A stretch of DNA of 64,000 nt. Source: Eledone cirrhosa (lineage: Eukaryota). The notes beneath the pieces were generated by a model. The model was not told the DNA's origin. It did not search any database and was given only the letters and a program-made list of their open reading frames with translations. The DNA lies in the NCBI GenBank assembly GCA_964016885.1, contig OZ024753.1, forward strand, positions 2,852,001 to 2,916,000. Direction: 5' to 3'. Below are positions 40,387 through 53,064 of this stretch, piece by piece. Each line of letters starts with the position of its first letter. The stretch's first letter is position 1. The position numbers were made by a program, and so were the translations under genes.

Positions 40387-40457
40387 TCATTTTGTTACCA
40401 TATTTCTAATGAAGTATACTGCTTATGTATACCAATCAATTTTAAAAATTTGAAGAA

Positions 40458-40785
40458 CTAGAAATTTTTTCAACACGTTAAGCCATATGTGTATATGTGT
40501 GTATATGTGTGTATGTAAATATGCATACATTTATACGTATGAGTATATAAATATAAATGTGCAAACTCAGACACACTTACAAAAATACACACTCACAGAC
40601 ATACATTCACACAAATAAACACACACATACACTCACACACAGCGTAGTAAATAGAACGTCAGCTGCTGTTTTGCTATAGGTTTTTCACCATACTCTGCCT
40701 TCCTTTTACACACACATACATTTATACAAACACACACATTGTATAATGGACGGACCGATGGAAGAAGCTCAAATTTGTATATAGA
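40458..40785 (-). mobile_element. Non-autonomous Helitron (second copy), inserted in a family-B-like MITE
   Basis: The minus strand reads TCTATATACAAA...TTTCTAG between A and T; homologous to 9339-9676. Confidence 0.8.
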
Positions 40786-41314
40786 TGTAATGAGATATCT
40801 AACCTTTCCATTAGTAAGTTGATGTTTTAAAAAATTATTTAACAAAACTTTCTTATATAAAATTATGATGGAAGATTTTAACATAAACATCTATCTATCT
40901 ATCTAAGGCGGGTAAAATTCCCGAGATCCATGGACGAGTTCTCTCCAGCGGTCTCTGTCCCTCATTATCGCTGCCATATCCTGCATCTCCAACGTAAACA
41001 TAAATATTTTAAAATAAGCAGATATAATCATTGAAATGGATGTTGACAAGGGATTTCTCAACCCTAGAAAAATAGTCTTGTTCCAAGAAAACAAATATTT
41101 CATATATCATATTTTTGTAACCGTTCCAAATTAAAGGGAGATAATGGTAAACTGATTTATTTTAATGTGATAAAATGTGATAAAAACAATACAGTATACA
41201 TGATAATATGGAAACAAAAAAGAAAGTAAAAGAAAATAATAAAAGAAGTAAGCAATGAAAGAAACAGAGAGGGGAAGGGAGAAACAGACCCAAAACCCTG
41301 GTCTGACTGGTGTT

Positions 41315-41700
41315 TCATCTACTCCCCATGGACAAAATGGCAAAGGCATTGCTTCAAGAATGGCTAACAACACCTTCTACAATAGCTACCCTACATCAGG
41401 TGGCTCCTTTCGCAGGTGGGATGCTGTTTTCCTGATTTTATGGAGGAAATTAGCAGTGCGAGGACCAAGGACACCTGGGATCACATTGGTAACTGGTATT
41501 AAATGCTTGACCAATAAAGAGTTATGACAGAAGATGCTAACATCAGTTGCTAACTATGCAACCAGTACAATTAAAATCAGATCGATAGCAGTTCATCTGA
41601 GGAAGGAGCCCACCAGGTAGGATGGCTGTTGCAGCAGGTGTCAATGGCCATTGATTGTGGAAATGCCTTAGCTATTTTGTCCACATGGTGCAGCTGAAGC
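41315..41700 (-). mobile_element. Degraded CRE-clade LINE C-terminus
   Basis: The minus strand reads IPVTNVIPGVLGPRTANFLHKIRK...EPPDVG*LL*KVLLAIL then (frameshift) NAFAILSMG, matching the ETLGxxGP..QRxSLAIxRGNA pattern. Confidence 0.65.
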
Positions 41701-42469
41701 ACACCTCTGACCTAGGTGTCGAGTCTCCTTCTCTCCCCACCCTTTCTTTTTTCCTTTGTCTAGTAGTCCTTGCTCTTCCTTTCTTTTTCCTTTCATTTAT
41801 GGCATTAAAAGTCCTTTCCAATACTACTTTCTTTTACTATATATTTGACCAAATAAAAATAGTCTAAGTTATTAAATCTTTGACTACATCATCTCTGCTT
41901 GCCCAGTATTTGCCAAGTCTGAACACATTCACAGATATGATCAAATTGGCAAACTATACCCTACAGGGCAATGTGCCAACTCTTTGACATTAAAATAGAC
42001 TTTGACATGAACTGGTCAAAACATATATCAAACACAGTACATGACAACTGCCTGACTACAATCACTAGGCAAGAAGATCAAGGTAAAACTTCTTGAGATA
42101 ATAATGAAGGGCTGGAATTAAAATACTGCTATTTGGATCCCTTCCGATCCAAACAATGCCTGAAAGGAATAGGAAACACTAACAAAATACAAAGATTTTG
42201 AAATTGAAATAAATAGCATGAAGCCCATAAGGACATTAAATGATTAATGATTATAATATGAAACATAATCATCACCCAACAAAGCAACACATATTGCACT
42301 CTACAAAACAGAAGTGATACTTGATACTAGAGAGAACAAACCAAGCCCTCCCTGTTCTCTGCAATAAAGAAAATCTTATGTAGAATACAAATGTAGATAT
42401 ATGTCTGTTACACCTCTGGGACATGAAGGAGCATCTGGTGATGCAGTAGAAACTCATATAAAACTATAA

Positions 42470-42690
42470 TAATTGTTTCTACTTTGGGCACAAGGCCAGC
42501 AATTTGAAGTTGGGGCGAATTGATTAAATTGACCCCAGTGCATTACTGGCACTTTATTTTATTGACCCCAGGAGGATGAAAGGCAAAACTGAGCTCAGCA
42601 GGATTTTAACTCAGAATGTAAAGGGTCATAACTAAATGCTATAATGCATTTTGTCAGCTGCTCTAATGATTCTGGAAACCCCTTGCCTAT
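42470..42690 (-). mobile_element. Deu/Nin-like SINE
   Basis: Reverse complement of the core. Confidence 0.8.
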
Positions 42691-43312
42691 TCTCTTTCCT
42701 TCCCTTAAAAAAATATTGATTATCAGAGTGTATTTTCAATCTATTGCCATCTGGATTATTGGCTCTGTACAGTACCTCTAATACTCACTGCCAAACAATA
42801 ATAATGGTTTCGTTATTAGTCCCACAGTGTTTACATTAAGAGGACAATAACGACAGCACAGTGTGGTTTATTTGGATAAAAAATGTTTATAACAAAGACT
42901 AAAAATTAGCGAGGAAGGCCAGACATTGGAGACAATTCAAGGACAAAAAATACGCCGCCAATAGTAATAATGATACTAATAATAATATATCTTTACACTT
43001 TAACAACTACATTTTGTTTTTTCATTTGTAATGAAAATACAATTCAGTGGTCTTGAAATTCTCAAAGACGACCTCTTTATGTTGGAATGACAATGTAAAA
43101 AAAGAAGAACAAAATTATTTCTAAAAATTATTTTTAAAAATGAAACAACAACGAACGACAACGGCTATAATAATAATAATGATGATGATGATGATGGGGA
43201 AGAGGAGGGGGAGGAGGAGGAGGAGAAGAAAAAGAAGAGAACGAAGAAAAAGACAAAGAAGACAATTGATGGAAAGTGGGGGAAAGAGAAAGAGGGAGAG
43301 AGATACAGAATT

Positions 43313-43506
43313 GAAGAAGAAGAAGAAGAAGAAGAAGAAGAAGAAGAAGAAGAAGAAGAAAAAGAAGAAAAAGAAGAAGAAAAAGAAGAAGAAAAAGAAG
43401 AAAAAGAAGAAGAAGAAGAAGAAGAAGAAGAAGAAGAAAGAAAAAAGAAAAAAGAAAAAAGAAAAAAGAAAAAAGAAAAAAGAAAAAAGAAAAAAGAAAA
43501 AGAAGT
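43313..43506. repeat. (GAA)n / (GAAAAA)n tract
   Basis: Visible directly; the poly-K ORF is an artefact. Confidence 0.95.
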
Positions 43507-43767
43507 GTGAGAAAGAAAAGAGAAGAAGTATTGATTTAAAAAAAAAACATTGGTATTCAAAGCTTAGCTGGTATCATTGTTCAATTGCTTTGTTATCCAA
43601 ATGGCTGCCTAATTGTGCAGGTTTAGCCAAGCAGAAAGTAATTCCTTTTAAAGGCATACCAGTGCTGCAACTGTTGCTGTTACTATAGTTGTTGCAGTTA
43701 TATGCATGTGCACATACATGTACATGTGACTGTGTGTGTGTGTAAGTTTGCATATGTCTGTATATAT

Positions 43768-43805
<38 letters not shown>

Positions 43806-44077
43806 TAATAATAATAATAATGCATTACACACCAATGCGTGCACGAGTATATGCACACACACGCACACACACACACACACACACACTCATAGACTCCAAA
43901 CCATCCAACTGGAAGTAATCTTTAGTTGATAACAGATAGATCACATCAAAAAACAAAACAAAACATAACAAAAATACAACAAAGCCCAACATTAAGAGAA
44001 TGTATTGAAAGAAGATGTTAGTGGCTACAAGTTGCCAAAGGAAGTCTTGTTATAATGATGTAAATGTTCAGGAGTAA

Positions 44078-44520
44078 AGTGTGTAAAAGTGTGTTTGTTG
44101 TGAGAAAATTGTGTAAAGCTGTGTTTGTTGTGTAAGTATGTGTGTGTTGTGTGTGTGTCTGTGTGTAAAAGTGTTTGTTGTGAGAAAATTGTGTAAAGCT
44201 ATGTGTTTGTTGTGTATGTGTGTGTTGTGTGTCTGTGTGTAAAGGTGTGTTTGTTGTGAGAAAAAATGTGTAAAGCTATGTGTTTGTTGTGTAAGTATGT
44301 GTGTGTTGTGTGTAAAGGTGTGTTTGTTGTGAGAAAATTGTGTAAAGCTATCTGTTTGTTGTGTAAGTATGTGTGTGTTGTGTGTGTCTCTGTGTAAAGG
44401 TGTGTTTGTTGTGTAAGTATGTGTTTGTTGTATAAGTATATGTGAGAAAAATCTGTAAAGCTATATTTGTTGTGAAAGTATGTGTGTAAAAGTGTGTTTA
44501 TTTCGTGAGTATGTGTGTAT
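44078..44520. repeat. Degenerate TG-rich minisatellite (~70-80 bp unit)
   Basis: Recurrent TGTTTGTTGTGAGAAAATTGTGTAAAGCT. Confidence 0.85.
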
Positions 44521-44879
44521 GTAGCAAAATCTCTTCACACCTACTGACTCCTGAATGACACCTGACTGCTATTTCCCTTTATCTCGGCTGGTGTCAGTAG
44601 TCTGGAGAGGCTGACCAGCTTTGTGAAGCAAGATAAACTTTTCTTTGCATCGTTCGACTCTGGTTCCTCAGAAGAGGAACATAACTTCGACCTGCAAGTA
44701 GCGAGATGTAGAGCTTAGCAAAACACTCAAGCCCCGTCAACGAGGGCCTTACAGCAATTCTCCCATCAGCACTTCAACCATACAGAGAATCGTCTGCCTC
44801 TTGATATAGAAAATACAGCTTCCTTGCACTGCAAACTTACTACTACCTATGCTGAAAATACTGACTGACTAAAACCTGT

Positions 44880-45102
44880 CCCTTTTAATTGAGTATAGCA
44901 TACATTAGTCTATATTTTCTATTGTATTTTCATAGTAAAGGCTCTACCTCACATAATTATCTCCCATAATATTTATTTCATATTATTTATTTTGAGAACA
45001 ATACCTTAACATCGATATGAGAGGCCAGTTACAGCCAGTTTGAACAGAAAGAGGTGAGAGAATTCTGGCCAGATATGGCCAGTTTAAATGCTAAAGGGTT
45101 AA
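44880..45102. mobile_element. piggyBac-type MITE, family A
   Basis: Ends AATGCTAAAGGGTTAA; the body matches 40156-40386. Confidence 0.75.
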
Positions 45103-45872
45103 ACAAAGATTTTCCAGCAAAACACAGAGGACTTTTTTAACACTATTCATTTGTGAGTGCTACCATCAAACTTGATATTTTTATAATTTGAAGTAATTAT
45201 ATTCTTTTCCCTATTTGCTGAAGTGAAGTAAAGTTATAAATCTAACTAAAATTATTGGTATTTGTCGTGTTTATCACCTTCTTCAACAACAACCAAAACC
45301 TTCGCTTCATGTAAATGTATGTAAGTTGTGTGTGTATGTGTATGAAGGTATGTTTGTTGTGAGTATGTGTGTAAAGCTATGTTTGTTGTGTGTGTATCTG
45401 TAAGTATGTGCTTTATATGTATGTGCGGTTATGTGTTAGTTGTGTAAGTATCTGTGTGACTATATGTTTGTTGTGAGTATGTGCATGAATTTGTAATGAC
45501 AGTGTAGAAATGTAGTCTGTGGTGGTAGTAGTGGTGGTAGCGGTGGTGGTGGTGGTGGTGATAATTGTGGTGGTAGTGATGGTGATGATGGTGGTGGTAG
45601 TGGTAGTAGTGGTGGTGGTGGTAGTGATGGTGATGGTGGTGGTGGTGGTGGTGGTGCTAGTGGTGGTGTTTATAATCATGGACATTGTTGTGGCGGTTGT
45701 TGTTGTTGTTGTTACATGTTGTCAGTGTTGTTATGCAAGTGTGAAGCCATTCAAGTGTGACATTTGTCAAGCAGCCAATAGTCAGCTGCCAAACTATTGA
45801 GTCCTCCCCTACCCACTCTTTCCATGCTTGCACCAAATGACTCCAAAAATGCAAGGAAGTGGTCCAGGTCAT

Positions 45873-47916
45873 AGTGGTGATGGCTGAGGTGGTGGTTGTG
45901 ATGGTGGTGATGGTGGTGGTGCTGGTGATGGCTGAGGTGGTGCTGGTGGTAGTGGTGGTAGTGATGGCTGAGGTGGTGGTGATGGCTGAGGTGGTGCTGG
46001 TGGTAGTGGTGGTAGTGATGACTGAGGTGGTGGTGGTGGCTGACTTGGTGGTGGTGGTGGTGGTGGTAATGATGGCTGAGGTGGTGGTGGTGGTGGTAAT
46101 GGTGGTGGCGATGGTAGTGATGGCTGATGTGGTGGTGGTTGTGATGGCTGAGGTGGTGGTGGTGGTAATGGTAGTGATGGCTGTGGTGGTGGTGGTGGTG
46201 GTGGTGATGGTGGTGGTGCTGGTGTTAGTGATGGCTGAGGTGGTGGTGGTAGTGGTGGTAGTGATGGCTGAGGTGGTGGTGGTGGTAATGGTGGTGGCGA
46301 TGGTAGTGATGGCTGATGTGGTGGTTGTGATGGTGGTGATGGTGGTAGTGCTGGTGGTAGTGGTGGCTGAGGTGGTGGTGGTGGTGGCTGACTTGGTGGT
46401 GGTAGTGGTGGTAGTGATTGCTGAGATGGTGGTGGTGGTATTGGTGGTGGCGATGGTAGTGATGTCTGAGGTGGTGTTGGTGATGATGGTAGTGATTGTT
46501 GAGGTGGTGGTGGTGCTGGTGGTAATGGTAGTGATAATGGTAGTGATTGCTGAGGTGATGATGATGATGGTAGTGATTGCTGAGTTGGTGGTGGTGGTGA
46601 TGATGATGATGGTAGTGATTGCTGTGGTGGTGGTGATGGGTGAGATGGTGGTGGTAATGGTAGTGATTGCTGAGATGGTGGTGGTGATGATGGTGGTGAT
46701 GAAGGTAGTGAAGGCTGAGGTGGTGGTGGTGATGAAGGTAGTGATTGCTGAGGTGGTGGTGGTGATGAAGGTAGTGATTGCTGAGGTGGTGGTGGTGATG
46801 AAGGTAGTGAAGGCTGAGGTGGTGGTGATGAAGGTAGTGATTGCTGAGGTGGTGGTGGTGATGAAGGTAGTGAAGGCTGAGGTGGTGGTGATGAAGGTAG
46901 TGATTGCTGAGGTGGTGGTGGTGATGAAGGTAGTGAAGGCTGAGGTGGTGGTGGTGATGAAGGTAGTGATTGCTGAGGTGGTGGTGGTGATGAAGGTAGT
47001 GAAGGCTGAGGTGGTGGTGGTGATGAAGGTAGTGAAGGCTGAGGTGGTGGTGGTGATGAAGGTAGTGAAGGCTGAGGTGGTGGTGGTGATGAAGGTAGTG
47101 AAGGCTGAGGTGGTGGTGGTGATGAAGGTAGTGAAGGCTGAGGTGGTGGTGGTGATGAAGGTAGTGATGGCTGAGGTGGTGGTGGTGGTAGTGAAGGCTG
47201 AGGTGGTGGTGGTGATGAAGGTAGTGATGGCTGAGGTGGTGGTGGTGGTAGTGAAGGCTGAGGTGGTGGTGGTGATGAAGGTAGTGAAGGCTGAGGTGGT
47301 GGTGGTGATGAAGGTAGTGATGGCTGAGGTGGTGGTGGTGGTAGTGAAGGCTGAGGTGGTGGTGGTGATGAAGGTAGTGATGGCTGAGGTGGTGGTGGTG
47401 GTAGTGAAGGCTGAGGTGGTGGTGGTGATGAAGGTAGTGATGGCTGAGGTGGTGGTGGTGGTAGTGAAGGCTGAGGTGGTGGTGGTGATGAAGGTAGTGA
47501 TGGCTGAGGTGGTGGTGGTGGTAGTGAAGGCTGAGGTGGTGGTGGTGATGAAGGTAGTGAAGGCTGAGGTGGTGGTGGTGATGAAGGTAGTGATGGCTGA
47601 GGTGGTGGTGGTGGTAGTGAAGGCTGAGGTGGTGGTGGTGATGAAGGTAGTGATGGCTGAGGTGGTGGTGGTGGTAGTGAAGGCTGAGGTGGTGGTGGTG
47701 ATGAAGGTAGTGAAGGCTGAGGTGGTGGTGGTGATGAAGGTAGTGATGGCTGAGGTGGTGGTGGTGGTAGTGAAGGCTGAGGTGGTGGTGGTGATGAAGG
47801 TAGTGATGGCTGAGGTGGTGGTGGTGGTAGTGAAGGCTGAGGTGGTGGTGGTGATGAAGGTAGTGAAGGCTGAGGTGGTGGTGGTGATGAAGGTAGTGAT
47901 GGCTGAGGTGGTGGTG
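45873..47916. repeat. (GTG)-based minisatellite with 33-bp and 27-bp units and a 60-bp higher order
   Basis: GTGAAGGCTGAGGTGGTGGTGGTGATGAAGGTA alternates with GTGATGGCTGAGGTGGTGGTGGTGGTA. Confidence 0.95.
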
Positions 47917-48914
47917 TCTTTTCTGACATCTTATGCTATTTACATTTGTCTGCTTATTGTCCACATGACTTCACAGTAAAGTACATGTAAATAATGAATA
48001 AGTAAAAATCCAAAGATTCCTATGCAAGGATGCACTCCACATATAGAATAACAACAACAGAAGGAGATGAAACCACACTGCTGGAAATAACAATACCAAT
48101 AGATGATTGAGCCTCTATATGAATGCTTCACCTGATAAAAATAGCAGCTAACACACTCACTCACACAGACGCACACTCACTCACAGACATAGTCACATAG
48201 ACACACACACAAACACAGACACACAGAGACACACACAGACACACACACACAGACACACAGACATATACCGTCATACAGACACAGACATAGTTCCACACAA
48301 AGACACACACACACACTCACACACAGAGAAACACACACACATAGAGACACATACAGAGACACATAAAAAGACGCTCACACATACTCACAGGCACAGACAA
48401 ACACGCACAAACACGTGCGTATGCACACACCGACACACACACTCACAGACACACACACACTCACAAACACACACACAGATACATGCACTCATACATACAC
48501 AGACACACACACTCTCTCTTCTCACAAACCACACACCTTAGTTTAATGCAATCTAAGGTACATTATTGCTGAAAATCAAAAAAAAAATGACAAGATGATT
48601 ATGGCTTTGAGGCTCTTTGATCATTGTTCTGCCTGGTCAGGGCTGACCTGGGGCTAAACAACATCAATAGAGACCAGTGTTACAAGACCACCACCACAAC
48701 AACCTCAAAAACAACATTGATAGACACCAGTGTAAAAAGACCACCACCATCACCACATTGATAGACACCAGTGTAAAAAGAACACCACTACCACCACCAC
48801 CACCAACACCAACAACATCAAAATCAATATCAACCCCTAAAACAACAACAATATTAACAGCAACACTAACAAGAACAGCATGGATGACCTCAAAAACAAC
48901 TCCAGGAATATATC

Positions 48915-48990
48915 ACCAACAACAACAACACCACTAACAACAGCAACAATAACAGCAGTAGCAAAAATATATCCGGTCGGTCACACCACC

Positions 48991-49022
<32 letters not shown>

Positions 49023-49054
49023 CAACAGCAACAGCAGCAACAGCAGCAACAGCA

Positions 49055-49100
<46 letters not shown>

Positions 49101-49265
49101 CAACAACAACAACAGCAACAATACATCTAGCTACACCACACCACTAACAACAGCAACAATAACAGCAGTAGCAAAAATATATCCGGTTGGTCACACCACA
49201 CCACCACCACCAACAACAACAACAGCAACAATACATCTAGCTACACCACACCACACCACCAACAA
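48915..49265. repeat. CAA/CAG/CAC trinucleotide tracts with a local duplication
   Basis: CACCACTAACAACAGCAACAATAACAGCAGTAGCAAAAATATATCCGGT occurs at ~48929 and ~49139. Confidence 0.9.
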
Positions 49266-49364
49266 CAATAACCTCCCAACAATCATTTATACAGATTAGT
49301 TCCAGTTATTTTCACTGTTTTGGTTCAGCTGTAATGGCCTGAGTCAGTGTTGGGGGTTTAGAGA

Positions 49365-49585
49365 TATAATGGTTTATGATTTAGACATATGGCCAACAAT
49401 TTTAGGGGAGGGGAAAGTCAATTAAATTTACCCCGGTGTATTACTGGTGCTTTGTTTCATCAACCCCGTAAGAATGAAAGGCAAAGCTAACCTCTGCGGG
49501 ATTTGAACTCAGAACATAAAGGGCAGTAACTGTAAGCCATGAAACATTGTCCGACACTCTACCAATACTGCCAATCCACTGCCTT
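49365..49585 (-). mobile_element. Deu/Nin-like SINE
   Basis: Reverse complement of the head and core. Confidence 0.8.
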
Positions 49586-49898
49586 AGAGATATAATAGGT
49601 TGTGGTCATTGGGTGAGAGATATAACTAGTTGTGGTCATTGGGTGAGAGATATAATAGGTTGTGGTCATTGGGTGAGAGATATAACTAGTTGTGGTCATT
49701 GGGTGAGAGATATAATAGGTTGTGGTCATTGGGTGAGAGATATAATAGGTTGTGGTCATTGGGTGAGAGATATAATAGGTTGTGGTCATTGGATGAGAGA
49801 TATAATAGGTTGTGGTCATTGGGTGAGATATATAATAGGTTGTGGTCATTGGGTGAGATATATAATAGGTTGTGGTAATTGGGTGAGTGATATAACTA
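49586..49898. repeat. 30-bp tandem minisatellite (~10 copies)
   Basis: Unit AGAGATATAATAGGTTGTGGTCATTGGGTG. Confidence 0.97.
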
Positions 49899-50001
49899 CT
49901 TCCTTTCAATCTAAACTATAATAAAGTAAGGAGTACGAGACAGCCTCCAGAATATATTTTTTAATCCTGTTTGTAAAATAAGTTGGATTACTTTGAATAA
50001 A

Positions 50002-50190
50002 TAATTGTTTCTACTTTAGGCACAAGGCCAGCAATTACCCAGTGCATTACTGGTACTTTATTTTATCGACCCCGTAAGGATGAAAGGCAAAGTCAACCTC
50101 GGCCGGATTTGAACTCAGATCGTAAAGGGACGTAACTATGCTGGAAAGCATGGCGTCCGACCCTCTACCGATACTGCCAATCCACCGCCC
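50002..50190 (-). mobile_element. Full-length young Deu/Nin-like SINE with a target-site duplication
   Basis: TTACTTTGAATAAATAAT flanks both sides (49988-50005 and 50191-50208). Confidence 0.92.
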
Positions 50191-51086
50191 TTACTTTGAA
50201 TAAATAATGAATGAATATTACATAATTTATCTACTAAATTTCGTTATTCTTGATTAAATATAAATAATTTTGTCACTTATTTTAAAATTCTCTTCTTTTA
50301 AATTTTCAAATGTCAACACTTCTGGTTAGCGATCGCTTAAATAAACATTCATATATTTCCATCACTAATTTTCTCCTAATGCAGTTTATATATAATATCG
50401 TCTCTTTTTAATGTATCATGGATTAAGTTACTGATTTCATAAGAGAGTGTAACACAGTCTTTGTTCAATTTCTGTGTATATTGTCAATTACGAATTTATT
50501 TGATCTATTATTATCTACATGCATATATACTTGCATATAATATCAATATGTACACTACACATACTAGTTGCCTATAACATCAATATGCACACTACACATG
50601 CTAGTTGATTTAATATTGCTAAGTTGGTGTTTCAGGTGATAGAGTTGCAGCATTGGGTCAGATATAACTACTTTACTTCAATGGTATAATATTTCTAAGT
50701 AGGAAATAAGAGCTGTAGCTGTTGGTTATGTTACAATGTCAATAGTCTCACCAATTGACTGGTCAGCTTTCTTTATTTTATCACTGGTGCTGCACTATCT
50801 CCTTTATAAAGACCACTTTAACTATCCAAGACCCAAATTTAATTAGCTTTAATCTTAATATAGGGAGCAGCAGGTGATATATATAACTGAGGTGTGTGTT
50901 AGTTGCTTTCAATGATGAAATTAGATCTCACTATGAATATAAATTGAGATAAACTGGAGTTTCTGATGTATAATACACAGATATCATACTATGTAAACAA
51001 ACAATTAATGTCACCTCTTGTAGATTTGTAAAGACAAGCTTCATGTTGACCTTTATACAACATATAAAATGATCACTTTTATACTA

Positions 51087-51126
<40 letters not shown>

Positions 51127-51218
51127 GTGTTAAACAATATTCAATGAGTATGTCAAAGAATGAGTTTTACAGTAGATTGGAAGCACTCTACAGAAAAAAT
51201 AATTTTCCGGAGTTATTA

Positions 51219-51561
51219 ATATTAAAATACAAATATTAATAAAATAGATATTCTTTTGATCAATTACATTTTATTATACATATTTCAGATGTACAACAGT
51301 ACATCCTCATCAGACAAAATATAATGATACATGACATACCCTGAGATGTTAAATGGTTAAGATTTAATCAAGGTAGTACTACCTTGATTAAATCAAGGTA
51401 GTACTACCTTGATTAAATCTTAACCATTTAACATCTCAGGGTATGTCATGTATCATTATATTTTGTCTGATGAGGATGTACTGTTGTACATCTGAAATAT
51501 GTATAATAAAATGTAATTGATCAAAAGAATATCTATTTTATTAATATTTGTATTTTAATAT
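51219..51561. mobile_element. ~340-bp palindrome of a PLE-like terminal repeat with a hammerhead motif in each arm
   Basis: The arms appear to be exact reverse complements. The plus arm has TATATTTTGT-CTGATGA-GGATGTAC.TGTT.GTACATCT-GAAA-TATGTA. Confidence 0.75.
51457..51515 (+). ncRNA. Type I hammerhead-like motif (mirror copy at ~51265-51323 on the minus strand)
   Basis: CTGATGA at 51467; 8-bp stem II; GAAA at 51494; GUA triplet; stem I TATATTTTGT/ATAAAATGTA offset by 2 nt. Confidence 0.6.
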
Positions 51562-51621
51562 ATATATATAAGTATGCGTGTGTGTATATGTGTTATATAT
51601 ATATATGTATATTTGTAAAAT

Positions 51622-51803
51622 GAAGTTTTAATATAGAAAAGGCTTCTACAAGACTAGAACTGTTTCATTTGTATGAAATCATCAAGAATCCTGATGATTT
51701 CATATGAATGAAACAGTTTTAGTCCTGTAGAAGTATTTTCTATATTAAATCTTCGTTGTTCTTACTCTTCTTATGTATAGAGTACTTTATTTACTGTGGC
51801 TAC
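51622..51803. mobile_element. Second fold-back PLE-like end with a truncated hammerhead core
   Basis: Imperfect inverted arms 51622-51687 / 51689-51754; CTGATGA-TTTCATATGAAT-GAAAC. Confidence 0.5.
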
Positions 51804-51809
51804 ATATAT

Positions 51810-51854
<45 letters not shown>

Positions 51855-51924
51855 CATGTGGACACAAAGACATATAATACAGTAGAAAGTTTACAAAGTG
51901 TATGAGATTGAAATTTCAAAATCA

Positions 51925-52270
51925 TTCATCATCATCATCATTTCATTTTATGTCCACTTTTTCCCTGCTTGCAAGGGTGAGACGGGAACTGATCCTGGCT
52001 TAATTTCTACAGCTGGATGCCCTTCCTAACACCAACCTCATTTACAGTGAGTGCTGGGTGCTTTTTTGCCGTGGCACTTGCACGACCACTTTGCAGTGGA
52101 ATGATAGGGACCCCAGTCCCTATCATCTCATTTCTACAGCTGAGTAAACTGGAGCAATGTGAAATAAAGTGTCTTGCTCAAGGAAACAACACATCACCCG
52201 GTCTGAGAATTGAACTCACAACCTTTCGATTGCAAGGCCAATGCTGTAACCACTAAGCCATGTGCCTCCA
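51925..52270 (-). mobile_element. Full-length composite SINE (tRNA head, CORE/V-like, Meta-like, RTE tail)
   Basis: Inverse of 28378-28650, extended to a (GAT)n tail. Confidence 0.85.
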
Positions 52271-52609
52271 TATATGTTTTGATATTGGGCAAAAAACATT
52301 GACACAAAAATCACTAAACAACAGTTGTGAATGAATTGGAGGTATAACCCCTTGAGGCAGAAAAATGTGGATAAGAATCACAGCCATGTTCTATCTAACT
52401 TAGTTAAAGTTAAAGCTAGTGACTTTGTATACCCAACACCAGACCCAATCCCCATTCAATTACACAAAATGAATGACTGACTGACATGGGAAGAAGATAA
52501 TACTTATAGAATGATAAATTGCCTAGAAAATCATCCAGAAATGTGCTACAAGATGTAAAGAATGTGAATTATTATCAAGCCATTTGAGATATTTATGGAG
52601 TTGTTTGCT

Positions 52610-52662
<53 letters not shown>

Positions 52663-53064
52663 TAGATGGCATATATATAAATATATATATATATATATCA
52701 TAGATGCTAAATCTTCTCTTGATTATATCTGACTTTTACAAATAAATGATGTGTGTATGGGCCTGTAACTCTGGGTGGAGTTGTAGGAGTGTTGTCATGA
52801 TATATTTTAAACCTGGCAGAGCGCCCATCCTCTCTCCAGGTCTGAATACAGAGAGAGGGAGAGAGAGATGATGCGAGAAGGACATATAGAGGAAAAATAG
52901 ATCCCAGTACTGGACTGGTGCAGTTTTTATCAACCTCAAATGGAAGAAAGGCAAACTTGACCTTGGCAAGATTTGAGCACAACCAGCCAGAAAAAATACA
53001 ACAAAATATTCTATCTGATGTTATCATCCGGTCCTCACTGTAAATGTGGTTGGTGATGATTGTG

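Noticed and set aside
41950-42460. Possible Gypsy pol remnant (LLEIIMKGW; KKILCRI)
   Set aside because: Only scattered weak motifs with many stops.
43140-43688. Poly-lysine ORF
   Set aside because: (GAA)n microsatellite.
45869-47964. Extensin-like proline-rich or His-rich protein
   Set aside because: Three frames are open simply because the repeat lacks stops on those frames; there is no signal peptide or unique domain.
49547-49921. Repeat protein (RDIIGCGHWV)n
   Set aside because: 30-bp minisatellite; the ORF start lies within a SINE.
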